A stretch of 64,000 bases of DNA. Source: Candidatus Latescibacterota bacterium. GTDB taxonomy: Bacteria; Latescibacterota; UBA2968; UBA8231. The translations under genes and the position numbers were made by a program. Position 1 is the stretch's first letter; the number at the start of each line of letters is the position of its first letter. Positions 10,326 to 19,509 of this stretch are shown here, in pieces. The stretch spans positions 1,120,001 through 1,184,000 of the forward strand of contig CBDCXV010000011.1 of NCBI GenBank assembly GCA_965223905.1, written 5' to 3'. The notes beneath the pieces were generated by a model. The model was not told the origin of the DNA. It worked only from the letters and a program-made list of their open reading frames with translations, and searched no databases.

Positions 10326-11753
10326 ATGAACAGGTCTGATGCGGCTTCTTTCGACGAGTTCCTCGCCGGCGGGATCTTCACCTCGCCGGAGATCCGGACC
10401 AATCTCGAGATCCTCTGCGACGACTTCGGCAGCTGTTTCGCCGGCACCCCCGGGGAGGAGGAGGCCGCCCGCTTCCTCGAGGGCAAGCTGCGCGAGTACG
10501 GTCTCGACGATGTCCGCAGCGAGCCGTTCGAGTACTGCGGCTGGAAGCGGGGAGAAGCCCGCCTGTCGATGACCTCGCCGCGGCAGCGCGACCTGGAATC
10601 CCTGTCGATGCCGATGGCGGCCCCCGGCCGGGTCCGCGGGCGCGTCGTCGATCTCGGCTACGGCGCCCCCGAGGACTTCGAGGCCCACCGCGGCGAGCTC
10701 GCCGGCAGCATCGCCCTCGTCGCCGGGACCAACCCCCCGGGAGCGGACCGCTGGATCCACCGCACCGAGAAGTACAACCGCTCGGTCCTCGCCGGCGCCG
10801 CGGGGTTCATCTGGACCGGGCACACCGAAGGGGTCGGCCCCTTCACCGGGGCCGTCGGCTTCAACCGCTGGGGCCTGATTCCCGCGGTCATGGTGTCCAT
10901 GGAGACCGGGCTGCTGCTGCGCCGGCTCATCGGCCGGCACGGGGCCGTCGAGGTCGAAATCGAGAGCACGGATATACAGGAACGCATGACTTCCTGGAAC
11001 ATCATCGGCGACACCGGCGGCGGGGGAGCCCGCGACGACGGGGAGATGGTCGTCATCGGCAACCACTACGACGGCCACGACATCTCCCAAGGGGCCGAGG
11101 ATCCGAAGTCGGGGCTCGTGGCCGCGCTCGACATCGCCCGCGTGCTGCCACAGTGTGCCGGCCGCCTCGACCGCCGGGTGCGCTTCATCCTCTTCGGGGT
11201 CGAGGAGCTGGGCCTGATCGGGGCGCACGCGTACGTCGACACCCATGCCGCGGACATCGCCGACACCCGCTTCATGTTCAACCTCGATTCCGCGGGCGGA
11301 CGTGGAAGCAAGGGGCTGATGCTGTACGGCCCTGACACCCATCCGTACTTCCGCACACTGGCCACGGCCGGGGACGGGCTCCATGTCGAACGGGAAACCT
11401 CGCCGCTGGCGGAACCGCCCCACCTCTCCGCCGACCACTACCCCTTCGTGGCGCAGGGCGTCCCCTGCGGCTTCATCCGCGACCCGGACCAGGGGGTCAT
11501 CATCACGCGCTACTACCACACCCCCCACGACACGGTCGACAAGCTGCGGCTCGTCGACATCCAGCAGGCGGCCTTCCTGTGCGCGCGCCTGGCCTGGCGG
11601 GTCGCCAACGCCGGGGACTGGCCCGAGGTCAGGCCGGATTCCGCCGCGGTGGCCCGGGCCCAGGCGGAGTACGACGCCAGCCAGGTCAGCAGGCAGGTCG
11701 AGGCCCAGATCGAGGAGCTGCGGCGCCGGCAGCGGAACCCAGGGATGGGATGA
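10326..11753 (+). CDS. M28 family metallopeptidase with PA domain
   Basis: GTPGEEEA, GNHYDG, GAEDPKSG, FGVEELGLIG, FNLD, SADHYPF, YHTPHDT; GGAAAGGA RBS. Confidence 0.88.
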   Translation: MNRSDAASFDEFLAGGIFTSPEIRTNLEILCDDFGSCFAGTPGEEEAARFLEGKLREYGLDDVRSEPFEYCGWKRGEARLSMTSPRQRDLESLSMPMAAPGRVRGRVVDLGYGAPEDFEAHRGELAGSIALVAGTNPPGADRWIHRTEKYNRSVLAGAAGFIWTGHTEGVGPFTGAVGFNRWGLIPAVMVSMETGLLLRRLIGRHGAVEVEIESTDIQERMTSWNIIGDTGGGGARDDGEMVVIGNHYDGHDISQGAEDPKSGLVAALDIARVLPQCAGRLDRRVRFILFGVEELGLIGAHAYVDTHAADIADTRFMFNLDSAGGRGSKGLMLYGPDTHPYFRTLATAGDGLHVERETSPLAEPPHLSADHYPFVAQGVPCGFIRDPDQGVIITRYYHTPHDTVDKLRLVDIQQAAFLCARLAWRVANAGDWPEVRPDSAAVARAQAEYDASQVSRQVEAQIEELRRRQRNPGMG

Positions 11754-11780
11754 GACGCTGCCGGTTCGCGGGAAGAGGTT

Positions 11781-11935
11781 TGCACGTTCAACCTTGGACT
11801 CCTCCCGCGGACGGGCGCCCAGGGGCTTGGTGCTGTACGGGCAAGACACCCTGCAGTACTTCCCCGCCCCGGCCTAGTCCCGGGAGAAGGTCTGTCTGTC
11901 GAAGGGGAAACTTCGCCCCTGCGGACCGGCCCCCG
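11781..11935 (+). pseudogene. Degenerate fragment of an M28 peptidase paralog
   Basis: Aligns to 11271-11425: FNLDSSRGRAPRGLVLYGQDTLQYF...VEGETSPL vs FNLDSAGGRGSKGLMLYGPDTHPYF...VERETSPL; contains indels and a stop. Confidence 0.75.
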
Positions 11936-12166
11936 GCATCGTTCAGTCCCCTCCGGTTGTGTGAGCATGGATAACCAACTAACTGCAGGCCGCCGGAGGG
12001 GACCTGTTCCACGAGTCAATCTCAAGTCCAAGTCAGACCCATTTCACCCCAAACTTTTTAAGTGAGTTTTTGAGAATGATGAACTGCAATTGCCGTGGAA
12101 GGACAAGTCAGAGGGTCAGGAAGTGATGAATAGCGAGCAGGAGAACAGCCACCATGGGAGACGTAA

Positions 12167-12651
12167 ATGATGAAAGCCTACCGCGTAGAGAAACAGATCG
12201 CCACAAACGGGGAACTAAAGCTTAGCGCCCTTCCTTTCCAAGAAGGAGATGTTGAAGTGATTATTCTGGATACTCACCTGTGGATCTGGCTGGCCGATGA
12301 AAACGAGCGACTGACCGAGGACCACAGGGATATTATTGAGGAAGAGCGGCGGGCGGGTCTTGGAGTATCGGCAATTTCATGCTGGGAGGTCGCCAAGTTG
12401 GTAGAGTACGAAAGACTGAAACTGGCCTGCCCTGTTGAGGAATGGATGATGGATGGACGCGGAGCTGGCCTTACCCGGTATTCAACAAATTGAATTGACT
12501 CCAAGGATTGCCGTGGCTTCGACCAAGTTACCCGGTGAATTTCACCGCGACCCGGCCGATCAAATCATCGTTGCTACCGCCCGTGAGTACGACTGTGAGC
12601 TACTCACGGTTGATCGAAATACTGCAGTACGCGCACGTAAAGACGCGGTAG
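12167..12651 (+). pseudogene. vapC: Collapsed VapBC locus: truncated antitoxin joined to a frameshifted PIN toxin
   Basis: MKAYRVEKQ...LPFQEG then IILDTHLWIW, SAISCWEV, HRDPADQII; 7-bp duplication ATGGATG at 12442-12455 and a second frameshift near 12618. Confidence 0.85.
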
Positions 12652-12833
12652 GTTCACCCACTTTCCGAGGTAGATTTCCGTATCCGCTGTCCCCTGCTAT
12701 AGCGCGATATGCTCGTTCCCATACCTCGAAGCTCGGCGCGTCCCAACAATCAGTCGCCTTCTACCAAACTAACAGCCCGTTGATATAGTTGCTCTGCAGG
12801 GAAGGCTGGGTCTTGGCGGTCGAAGACATGGCC

Positions 12834-12890
12834 CCTGCCTGTGCCTGTCTGCGTGCGGCAACGCACAGGCAGGCGTCGCACGCAGACAGG
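12834..12890. repeat. Nested short palindromic (REP/RPE-like) elements
   Basis: 30-bp CCTGTCTGCGTGCGGCAACGCACAGGCAGG (12844-12873) inside 27-bp CCTGCCTGTG|CGTCGCACGCAGACAGG. Confidence 0.8.
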
Positions 12891-13018
12891 CGCGACCGAG
12901 TGTAATCGCAGGGGATTCGGGGAGATCATGCCATTGCTGTCGGGTGGTTGCGGTCGAAGATGAAGCCACTTGGTCCGGCACTGCCGGGGTCGGAATCGGG
13001 TTCGCTGACTGCAGGCCC

Positions 13019-14291
13019 CTAGTCCACCTGCTCCCAGGCGGGTCCGGACTCCGCGGCCGCCCACCAGCGCTCGAAGGCGTCCGAATCCTCTGCCTGGTCC
13101 CAGTGGTCGGCGGCGACCGGGGCGGCGTACGAGGGCACGTTGGAGGGCGCATCGAGCCCGTGCAGGCGCTCGAGCGTGCGCACGGAATCGGTGCTGCCGG
13201 GCTTGTCGGGATCGTGGCGGACGTAGACGGCGGTGCCGTCGGCATAGCGCACCCGAACCAGGAAACGCCCCCTTTCCAGCGGCTGCTGCGAGGCGCATTT
13301 CTCGAGCCTGGCGCGGTCGAGGGTGACCCCGAGTCCCGGTGCTTCCGGCACCTGCACGGTGCCGCCGACCACCGGCATCTCCCCGGCGGTGACATCCTCC
13401 TTCCACAGGTGGCAGAGGTTGACGTGATCGATGGTGGCCGCGGGGAAGACCGCGGCCTGGTGGGCGAGGAAGGCCTGGTTGATGACGCCGCCGGCGTTCT
13501 GCAGCATCAGCGGGGTGCGCGTCATCTCGGCCACCGCGGCCAGCTTGGCGGCGCTCCCCACCGGGGCATGGCCGCTCATGAAGCCGTCGCAGATCCTCCG
13601 GACCATGAACTCCGCGGGCCCGTGGTGGGTGATGATGGGGAGCTTGCACTTCTCCTTGAGCAGGCGGTAGCCGTCCTCGTCCCCCGGGTCCATGGGGTCC
13701 TCGATGCGGCCGGCCACCGGGAAGCGCTCGAGCTCCAACAGGATCGGGCAAATGGTGTAGAAGGAGAGGTTGGCGTTGAAGTCGTAGTGCACGCGGAACC
13801 CTTCCGGGGCCGCCTCCTGCATCGCCGCGGTCTGGTCGAGGACGTTCTGCACCTGGTCGAGGTGGAACTTGATCCACCGGTACCCCGCGGCCGCGGCGCG
13901 GCTCACCTCCTCGGCCATGTCCGCGGGGGGCCGCGCCACCGTCCAGGCCGCAACCGGCACCCAGGACCGCACCCTCGGCCCGATCAGCTTCCAGGCCGGC
14001 ACCCCCAGCATCTTCCCCATCAGGTCGTAGGTCGCCATGCAGATCGGCAGGTCGACCTGGGAGTTGATCCAGTCGAACGGATCGGTGCCTACGTAGCGGC
14101 TGCGCAGCTCCTCGACGTCGCCGGCAGGGCCCCACTGTTCCCCCCAGACCCTCCAGGCCGTCGTCGGTCCTGACGATGAAGACGGTGCGCCCCTGGACCT
14201 GGCGGCCGTGGGTGCGCGCCAGGTAGAGGCCGTTGAAATCCTGGAATTCCGGGTAGATGTCGAAGGCTTCGATCTCGGTGATCCGGGCCAT
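13019..14291 (-). CDS. Mandelate racemase / muconate lactonizing enzyme family protein, one frameshift
   Basis: VRTDDGLEGLG, ATYDLMGK, WIKFH, YDFN, IEDP; removing one C from C6 at 14140-14145 joins the two ORFs. Confidence 0.8.
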
Positions 14292-14374
14292 GCTCCCCTC
14301 CTGTCGATGGGCGGGGTAACCTACGTTCCCGGGATTTCGCCGTCTACGCGAAGCGGGCACGATCGAACCTCGGC

Positions 14375-14562
14375 TCGAGGCCGCAAGGGGACCGCCACAC
14401 AGAGGTCCGCCAGACTTCTGCACCAAGGGCCCCATCCCCGTTCGAGGCCGCCAAGGGGACGCAATTTCTCCCTTCCGGCAGGCTCCTGCGGCAGGTAACT
14501 CTGTCGGGCGTTCGGGGCGCCCGGGGACGCAAATCCCCCTCTTGTGGAGGCTCCGCAGCAGG
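14375..14562. repeat. Three degenerate direct repeats with 67-70 bp period
   Basis: TCGAGGCCGCAAGGGGAC at 14375, TCGAGGCCGCCAAGGGGACGCAA at 14442, TCGGGGCGCCCGGGGACGCAA at 14512. Confidence 0.55.
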
Positions 14563-14755
14563 CCCCCGATTCGCCTTGACAGGTTCCCGCGGCGCCCTCA
14601 ACTTGCCGCGGAGGCCGGGAGCTTCAGCGCTGCGGCGGACCGATGGCGGCGGGGTGCTTCATCCGGGCCGCAGAACCGGGGGCCGGTTCCGGCGCGGGAG
14701 TCCGGAAGGCATCTCCCCCACCTATCTTTTGGCAACGGAACTCGAAAGGAAGAAA

Positions 14756-15619
14756 GTGTTGAAAACATTCGGATCCGGTGATCACACCTACAGGGCGGTC
14801 GAAGGCTGGGGCCGCGGCCCGGACGGCTGGAGCTTCGGCATCGTGTCGGCGATGGCCGTCGACTCCGAGGACAACGTCTACGTCATCGACCGCGAGCCGA
14901 ATCCCGCCATCGTCGTGCTCGACCGGTCCGGCAAGCTGCTCGACACCTGGGGCGAGGATTTCTTCAAGGTCCCCCACTCGATATGGATCGGCGACGACCG
15001 CGTCTACATGACCGACTGCGCGCTGCACACCGCCACCATCCACACGCTGCAGGGAGAGCTGCTGCAGACACTGGGCACCCCCGGCGAGCCCGGGGAGCCG
15101 GGCAAGCCGTTCAACGCTCCCACCTGGATGGTCCCCGGAAACCACGGCGACCTCTACGTCACCGACGGGTACCGGCAGAACTACGTGCACCGGTTTTCCG
15201 CCTCCGGCGAGCTGCTGTGCACCTGGGGCGGGGACGGCACCGGGCCCGGGCAGTTCGACATCCCGCACTGCGTCCGCGTCGACAGGAACGACCGCGTCCT
15301 CGTCGTCGACCGCAGCAACGCCCGCGTCCAGATATTCGACGCCGAGGGCAGCTTCCAGGAGGCCTGGACCCACCTGACGCCGGCCAACGACCTCTTCATC
15401 GACGGCGACGACACCGTCTATCTCGCCGAGTCCGAGAAACGGATCAGCATCCTCGACCTCGAGGGGGGCGTCATCTCGCAGTGGGGCGAGGAAGGGGAAG
15501 CGCCGGGCCAGATCGTCGACGCCCCGCACGGCATCTGGGTCGACTCCCGGGGCGACATCTACATGTGCGAGGTCCCCTGGACGCCGAACCGGCTGACCAA
15601 GTACGAACGCGTGAGATAA
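14756..15619 (+). CDS. NHL-repeat protein (peptidyl-alpha-hydroxyglycine alpha-amidating lyase-like)
   Basis: AVDSEDNVYV, PHSIW, YVTDGY, GPGQFDIPH, VVDRSNARVQIFD, PHGIWVDSRGDIY. Confidence 0.85.
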   Translation: MLKTFGSGDHTYRAVEGWGRGPDGWSFGIVSAMAVDSEDNVYVIDREPNPAIVVLDRSGKLLDTWGEDFFKVPHSIWIGDDRVYMTDCALHTATIHTLQGELLQTLGTPGEPGEPGKPFNAPTWMVPGNHGDLYVTDGYRQNYVHRFSASGELLCTWGGDGTGPGQFDIPHCVRVDRNDRVLVVDRSNARVQIFDAEGSFQEAWTHLTPANDLFIDGDDTVYLAESEKRISILDLEGGVISQWGEEGEAPGQIVDAPHGIWVDSRGDIYMCEVPWTPNRLTKYERVR

Positions 15620-15636
15620 CGGGGGAGACGGAATCG

Positions 15637-16754
15637 ATGAAGGGTATGCAATGGCTGGCGATCTGGACCGCGGTCGCCTGCACGGCCTCCGCGAGCGGGG
15701 CGCTGACCCTGTTCCGCGTGGGGGGTGAGGGTCTGCCCGAGCCGGAGCTGGAAGTCCCCTTCGACTTCGTCCAGCTCTCATGGGAAGAGCCGGACGCCAA
15801 CCGCTTCGGCGATGAGGTCAGCCTCGATCGCCGGCCCGCCTTCATCACCCCGGAGGTGAGCGACTCCGAGCTGAACCTGTCCCCCACCATGCTGCAGGGG
15901 AACTTCGTTTTTCTGGAGGGCGGGAAATGGGAAATCCCGGAACGGGTGCCGGGGTGGATGGACGTGCGCTTTTCGGTGCGCATGGCGGACGAGGACACCG
16001 AGTCCTACTACACCGATCACAACAGCATGATCTACATGTTCGACCTGCAGAGGCAGATCCATCTCCGGCGCGTCCGCTTCTTCACCCGCCCGGACGACGG
16101 CAACCTCGTCACCTGCGGCTTCGGCATGGCGGAAACCCTCACGGTCTGCCGTTCCGGCGGCATCGACCCGGTGCCGCGGTTCCTGATCGGCACCAGCAAC
16201 GGCGACCCCGCCAGGGAAGGGACGCGGCCCTACACCCTCCCCTACGGAGGCCAGACCGAGCAGTCGCGGCGTTTCGACTTCCACGTCATCCACGAGGGGA
16301 CGGGGAGCAAGGTCGTCGACCTGTAGTCGACAGCGAGCTCCCCTTCGAGGTCCCCCAGCCGGTGGTCGAGGGGGACGCCGACGAACGCAGCGACGGCAAC
16401 CGCCTGCGGGTGGCCCTGACCTCGATTCCCGACAGCCCGATACGCAACCTCCGCCTCTCGTCGCCTGTGGTCACACCCAACGGCGACGGCGTCAACGATC
16501 TCGTCGAGATCGAGTACGAGCTGTTGAACCTGACCGGAAAGGTCCCGGCGGCCATAGGGGTTTACGACCTGTCGGGACGCAAGGTGAGTGAGATCGGCGT
16601 TGGCGCCGGCCCGGTCAGCGGGCTGTTCCGGGTCGAATGGGACGGCTCCGGGGAAGGAGGCACCCTGCCTCCCGGGCTCTACCTCCTGCAGTTGGAGGTC
16701 GAGGCCGACACCGGGCAGGACCAGGCCGGGCGGCTGGTCTCGGTCGCCTACTGA
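15637..16754 (+). pseudogene. Secreted protein with CHU_C/FlgD-like C-terminal domain, internally deleted and out of frame
   Basis: Signal peptide ORF stops at 16326; a different frame from about 16324 encodes DSELPFEVPQ...TPNGDGVND...VYDLSGRKV...WDG...PPGLY. Confidence 0.65.
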
Positions 16755-16942
16755 AGCGGCCGGCCCCGCCGGCTGCGACCCCCTCTGCAAATTCGGGAGC
16801 GGGCCTCTGCCCGTTCCCCGGGCGGCTGGCCCCGGTCGCTTGTGAAGCTGCCGGAACCACGACGGCAGCGACCCCGCCGGGCAAGCCGAGGTTCGCCAAC
16901 CTTCCGCGGCCCCGGCCTTCAGGCGCGGCCCATTCCCCGGGT

Positions 16943-18058
16943 CTATACCCCGTCCTCGCCGTCCGTCAACCAGTCTAAAGAGAAGCGGGCGAAGATCGTG
17001 CGCGGCCCCATCCACAACCAGTAGAGCAGGCCGATCTCATTGTTGGCCAGCACGGTCAGGCAGGAGTACGCCACCGGTCCCTCGTAGATGAGCTTCGAAA
17101 CCGGCCACGTCTTCCCCTCGTCGTAGCTGAGCTTGACCGTCATCCTTTCGCGCGCCGTGCTCGCCGGGTTGGAAAACAGGATGCGGCTCCTGCCGCCGTC
17201 TTCGGCGAACGAATAGCGGATCGAGCAGCCCTGGCAGTGGGAGTCGACGAGCTCCTCGTTATAGATCATCTCCGACCAGGTGTCGCCGCCGTCGCTGCTG
17301 TGCGCCATGCCGCGGCACTTGGGCCCGGTGTACTGCCGCATGTTGAGCTGCAGCGAGCCGTCCTCGAGCTCGACCACGTGGCACTCGTCGGTGTCGGGCG
17401 GCAGGCTGCCGCCGACCTTCCAGGTCTCGCCGCGGTCGTCGCTGTAGAAGACGTGCGAGTGCTGGGCGTGGTGGATGCCGCCGTGCTCGAAGTAGTCGAG
17501 GAACGGCTCGACCCTCTCGCTGTGGTCGCAGGGGATGAGGATGCGGCCCTTGTGCGGCTGCCGCTGCTTCTGGATTCCCGCCCCGGGACCGCAGGCGTAG
17601 AACCCCCATCCGGGCCGCCTCACCTGTTCGGTGATGTCGCGCCGCGGCGACCAGGTGGCGCCGTCGTCGTGGTAGTCGCTGTGGATGGCCTTGACCTGGT
17701 TGTCGTTGGCGAACACCCCGTCGCGGACCTTCTCCCGCTCCTGGTGGTTGTAGGTCAGCCAGATGGCGCCTGAGACCTGGTCGACGACGGCGCAGGGGTT
17801 GGTGATCTGCTTGCCCCGGGGAGACTCGGCGAGCAGCTGCAGGCCGCCCCAGGTGCGGCCGTTGTCGAAGCTGCGCTTGAGGACGATGTGGGAGGTGTAG
17901 CGCTCCTGCGGGGTCTTGCGGTTCTCCCGCCACGCCGACTCGCAGAAGGCGAGGAGCGTCCCCTTCCTGCTCGTGACGATGGAGGGGACCCCGTACTCGT
18001 CGAAGCCGTCCCCGTCGACGAAGACATCGGTCTCGAACAGTCCTTCGGTCGCGCTCAT
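16943..18058 (-). CDS. GH33 sialidase-like BNR-repeat protein
   Basis: Asp-boxes SFDNGRTW, SDDRGETW, SSDGGDTW, SYDEGKTW; GPGAGIQ, DECH, AYSCL. Confidence 0.85.
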   Translation of the reverse strand: MSATEGLFETDVFVDGDGFDEYGVPSIVTSRKGTLLAFCESAWRENRKTPQERYTSHIVLKRSFDNGRTWGGLQLLAESPRGKQITNPCAVVDQVSGAIWLTYNHQEREKVRDGVFANDNQVKAIHSDYHDDGATWSPRRDITEQVRRPGWGFYACGPGAGIQKQRQPHKGRILIPCDHSERVEPFLDYFEHGGIHHAQHSHVFYSDDRGETWKVGGSLPPDTDECHVVELEDGSLQLNMRQYTGPKCRGMAHSSDGGDTWSEMIYNEELVDSHCQGCSIRYSFAEDGGRSRILFSNPASTARERMTVKLSYDEGKTWPVSKLIYEGPVAYSCLTVLANNEIGLLYWLWMGPRTIFARFSLDWLTDGEDGV

Positions 18059-18277
18059 GAAATCGATCCTTTCGGTTGGTGATCGCCGCTGCAGGAAGGG
18101 CGGAGAATAGGACGGCTCCGGGGGCGCCGGCAAGCGGCCCGAACCGTGTCCGGAGTGGGCAATTGCCGTGGCCTGCACGCCCATCGCGAGCCGGACCGAG
18201 GTCAGCTTCCGCTGTTTCCCGGGTTGAATTCCCGCCTCGAACGCCGGCCGGGACGCCCGTGATGCAGGGTCCCCCCC

Positions 18278-19492
18278 TCATTCTGGGCTTGTGGTTCCAG
18301 GGTCGGAGTACAGCCAGGCGATCGGACGGATGACCATCTTGCGGTAGCGAGGCCAGGAGGGTGGATCCGTGGAAGCATCCAGCCGCGGGCCGAAATCGTA
18401 GAGCAGGGCAACTTCGTCCCCGAAGAAATGCGCGTTCGGGTACGACACGTAAATCATGCCGGCCGGAAGCTCGCCGAGTTCCTTCTCGCCGCGCACCATG
18501 CCGATTTCGTCGTCGGGGGCAATGCGCTCCGATCGATCCGCCGGACCACCGGCTTCCAGTGTCTTGAAGTGCCTCCAACTGACTCCGTCATCCGTCGAGA
18601 CGGCGAGCGACAGCCGCGACCGGCGGAAACCGCGGCGGATCTCGTCGCCGCTCACCTGGTTCCACACGCAGAGCAGATCGCCGGTGGCCGGGATCGTGCG
18701 CAGGCGGCAGGGCGAATAGGAGCTGGCGAGTTCCGTCGGCTGCGGCAACGACCAGGTTAGTCCCTCGTCATCGCTGAAACTCTGGTACAGGCGGCCCAGC
18801 GTCGTGCGGAACATCATCAGGAGCCTGCCGTCGCGGAGCTGGACGGCGCCGGGTTCGTCGCAGGGCCACATGCCGCCGAAACCGTCCCGATGCCAGATCA
18901 CGATGTCCTGGGGGCCCCGTTTCCAGGTGGCGCCCTCGTCGTCCGAGAAGTACACCTGGCTCGTGTCGATCTCCGGGCTGTGCGCGTGGCCCTCTACGCT
19001 GAAACGCTTCCCCTGGAAGGTGGCGTAGGCGCCGGCGCCCTTCAGCTCCGGAAACGTGCAGGTCGGACAGAACCGCGTGGGCAGAACCAGGCGGCCCGAC
19101 CGGAGCTGGAAGAGCACGTCGTGATAGTTGCTCGAGGTCTCACCGGGCAGGTTGATGGCCGTCTCTTCCGACCATGACCCCCCTTCGTCGCCGGAGGTGC
19201 GGAAACGGAGCACGTACCCGGACAATGTTCCGCCGCCTCGACCACTGGAGCGACCGTAGAGGAGGCCGAGCCTGCCCGACTGCAGACGCACCAGGCAGGT
19301 AGGGTCGCCTGTCCCGACGATGGGGTCGCCGCCGGCCTGAAGGGGTTCGCTCGCCGACCAGGTTCCCCCGCGGTCATCGGAGTAGCTGACATGCAGTCCC
19401 GACCAGACCATCATCCACCGCCCATCCTTCAGCTCGACCATACCCCCGCGCCCTCCCGGGGCGCGGCCTTCAAAAACCTGGAAATCCGACAT
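18278..19492 (-). CDS. Sialidase/BNR-repeat protein
   Basis: Five Asp-boxes (SDDRGGTW, SGDEGGSW, SDDEGATW, SDDEGLTW, STDDGVSW); CDEPG; SYP. Confidence 0.8.
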   Translation of the reverse strand: MSDFQVFEGRAPGGRGGMVELKDGRWMMVWSGLHVSYSDDRGGTWSASEPLQAGGDPIVGTGDPTCLVRLQSGRLGLLYGRSSGRGGGTLSGYVLRFRTSGDEGGSWSEETAINLPGETSSNYHDVLFQLRSGRLVLPTRFCPTCTFPELKGAGAYATFQGKRFSVEGHAHSPEIDTSQVYFSDDEGATWKRGPQDIVIWHRDGFGGMWPCDEPGAVQLRDGRLLMMFRTTLGRLYQSFSDDEGLTWSLPQPTELASSYSPCRLRTIPATGDLLCVWNQVSGDEIRRGFRRSRLSLAVSTDDGVSWRHFKTLEAGGPADRSERIAPDDEIGMVRGEKELGELPAGMIYVSYPNAHFFGDEVALLYDFGPRLDASTDPPSWPRYRKMVIRPIAWLYSDPGTTSPE

Positions 19493-19509
19493 TGTTGGTG
19501 TCCTTTCGG

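Noticed and set aside
11781-11935. Duplicate segment as a DGR template repeat
   Set aside because: Differences are not confined to adenines and look like ordinary codon divergence
14375-14562. CRISPR array
   Set aside because: Only three degenerate units, the spacers resemble each other, and there are no cas genes
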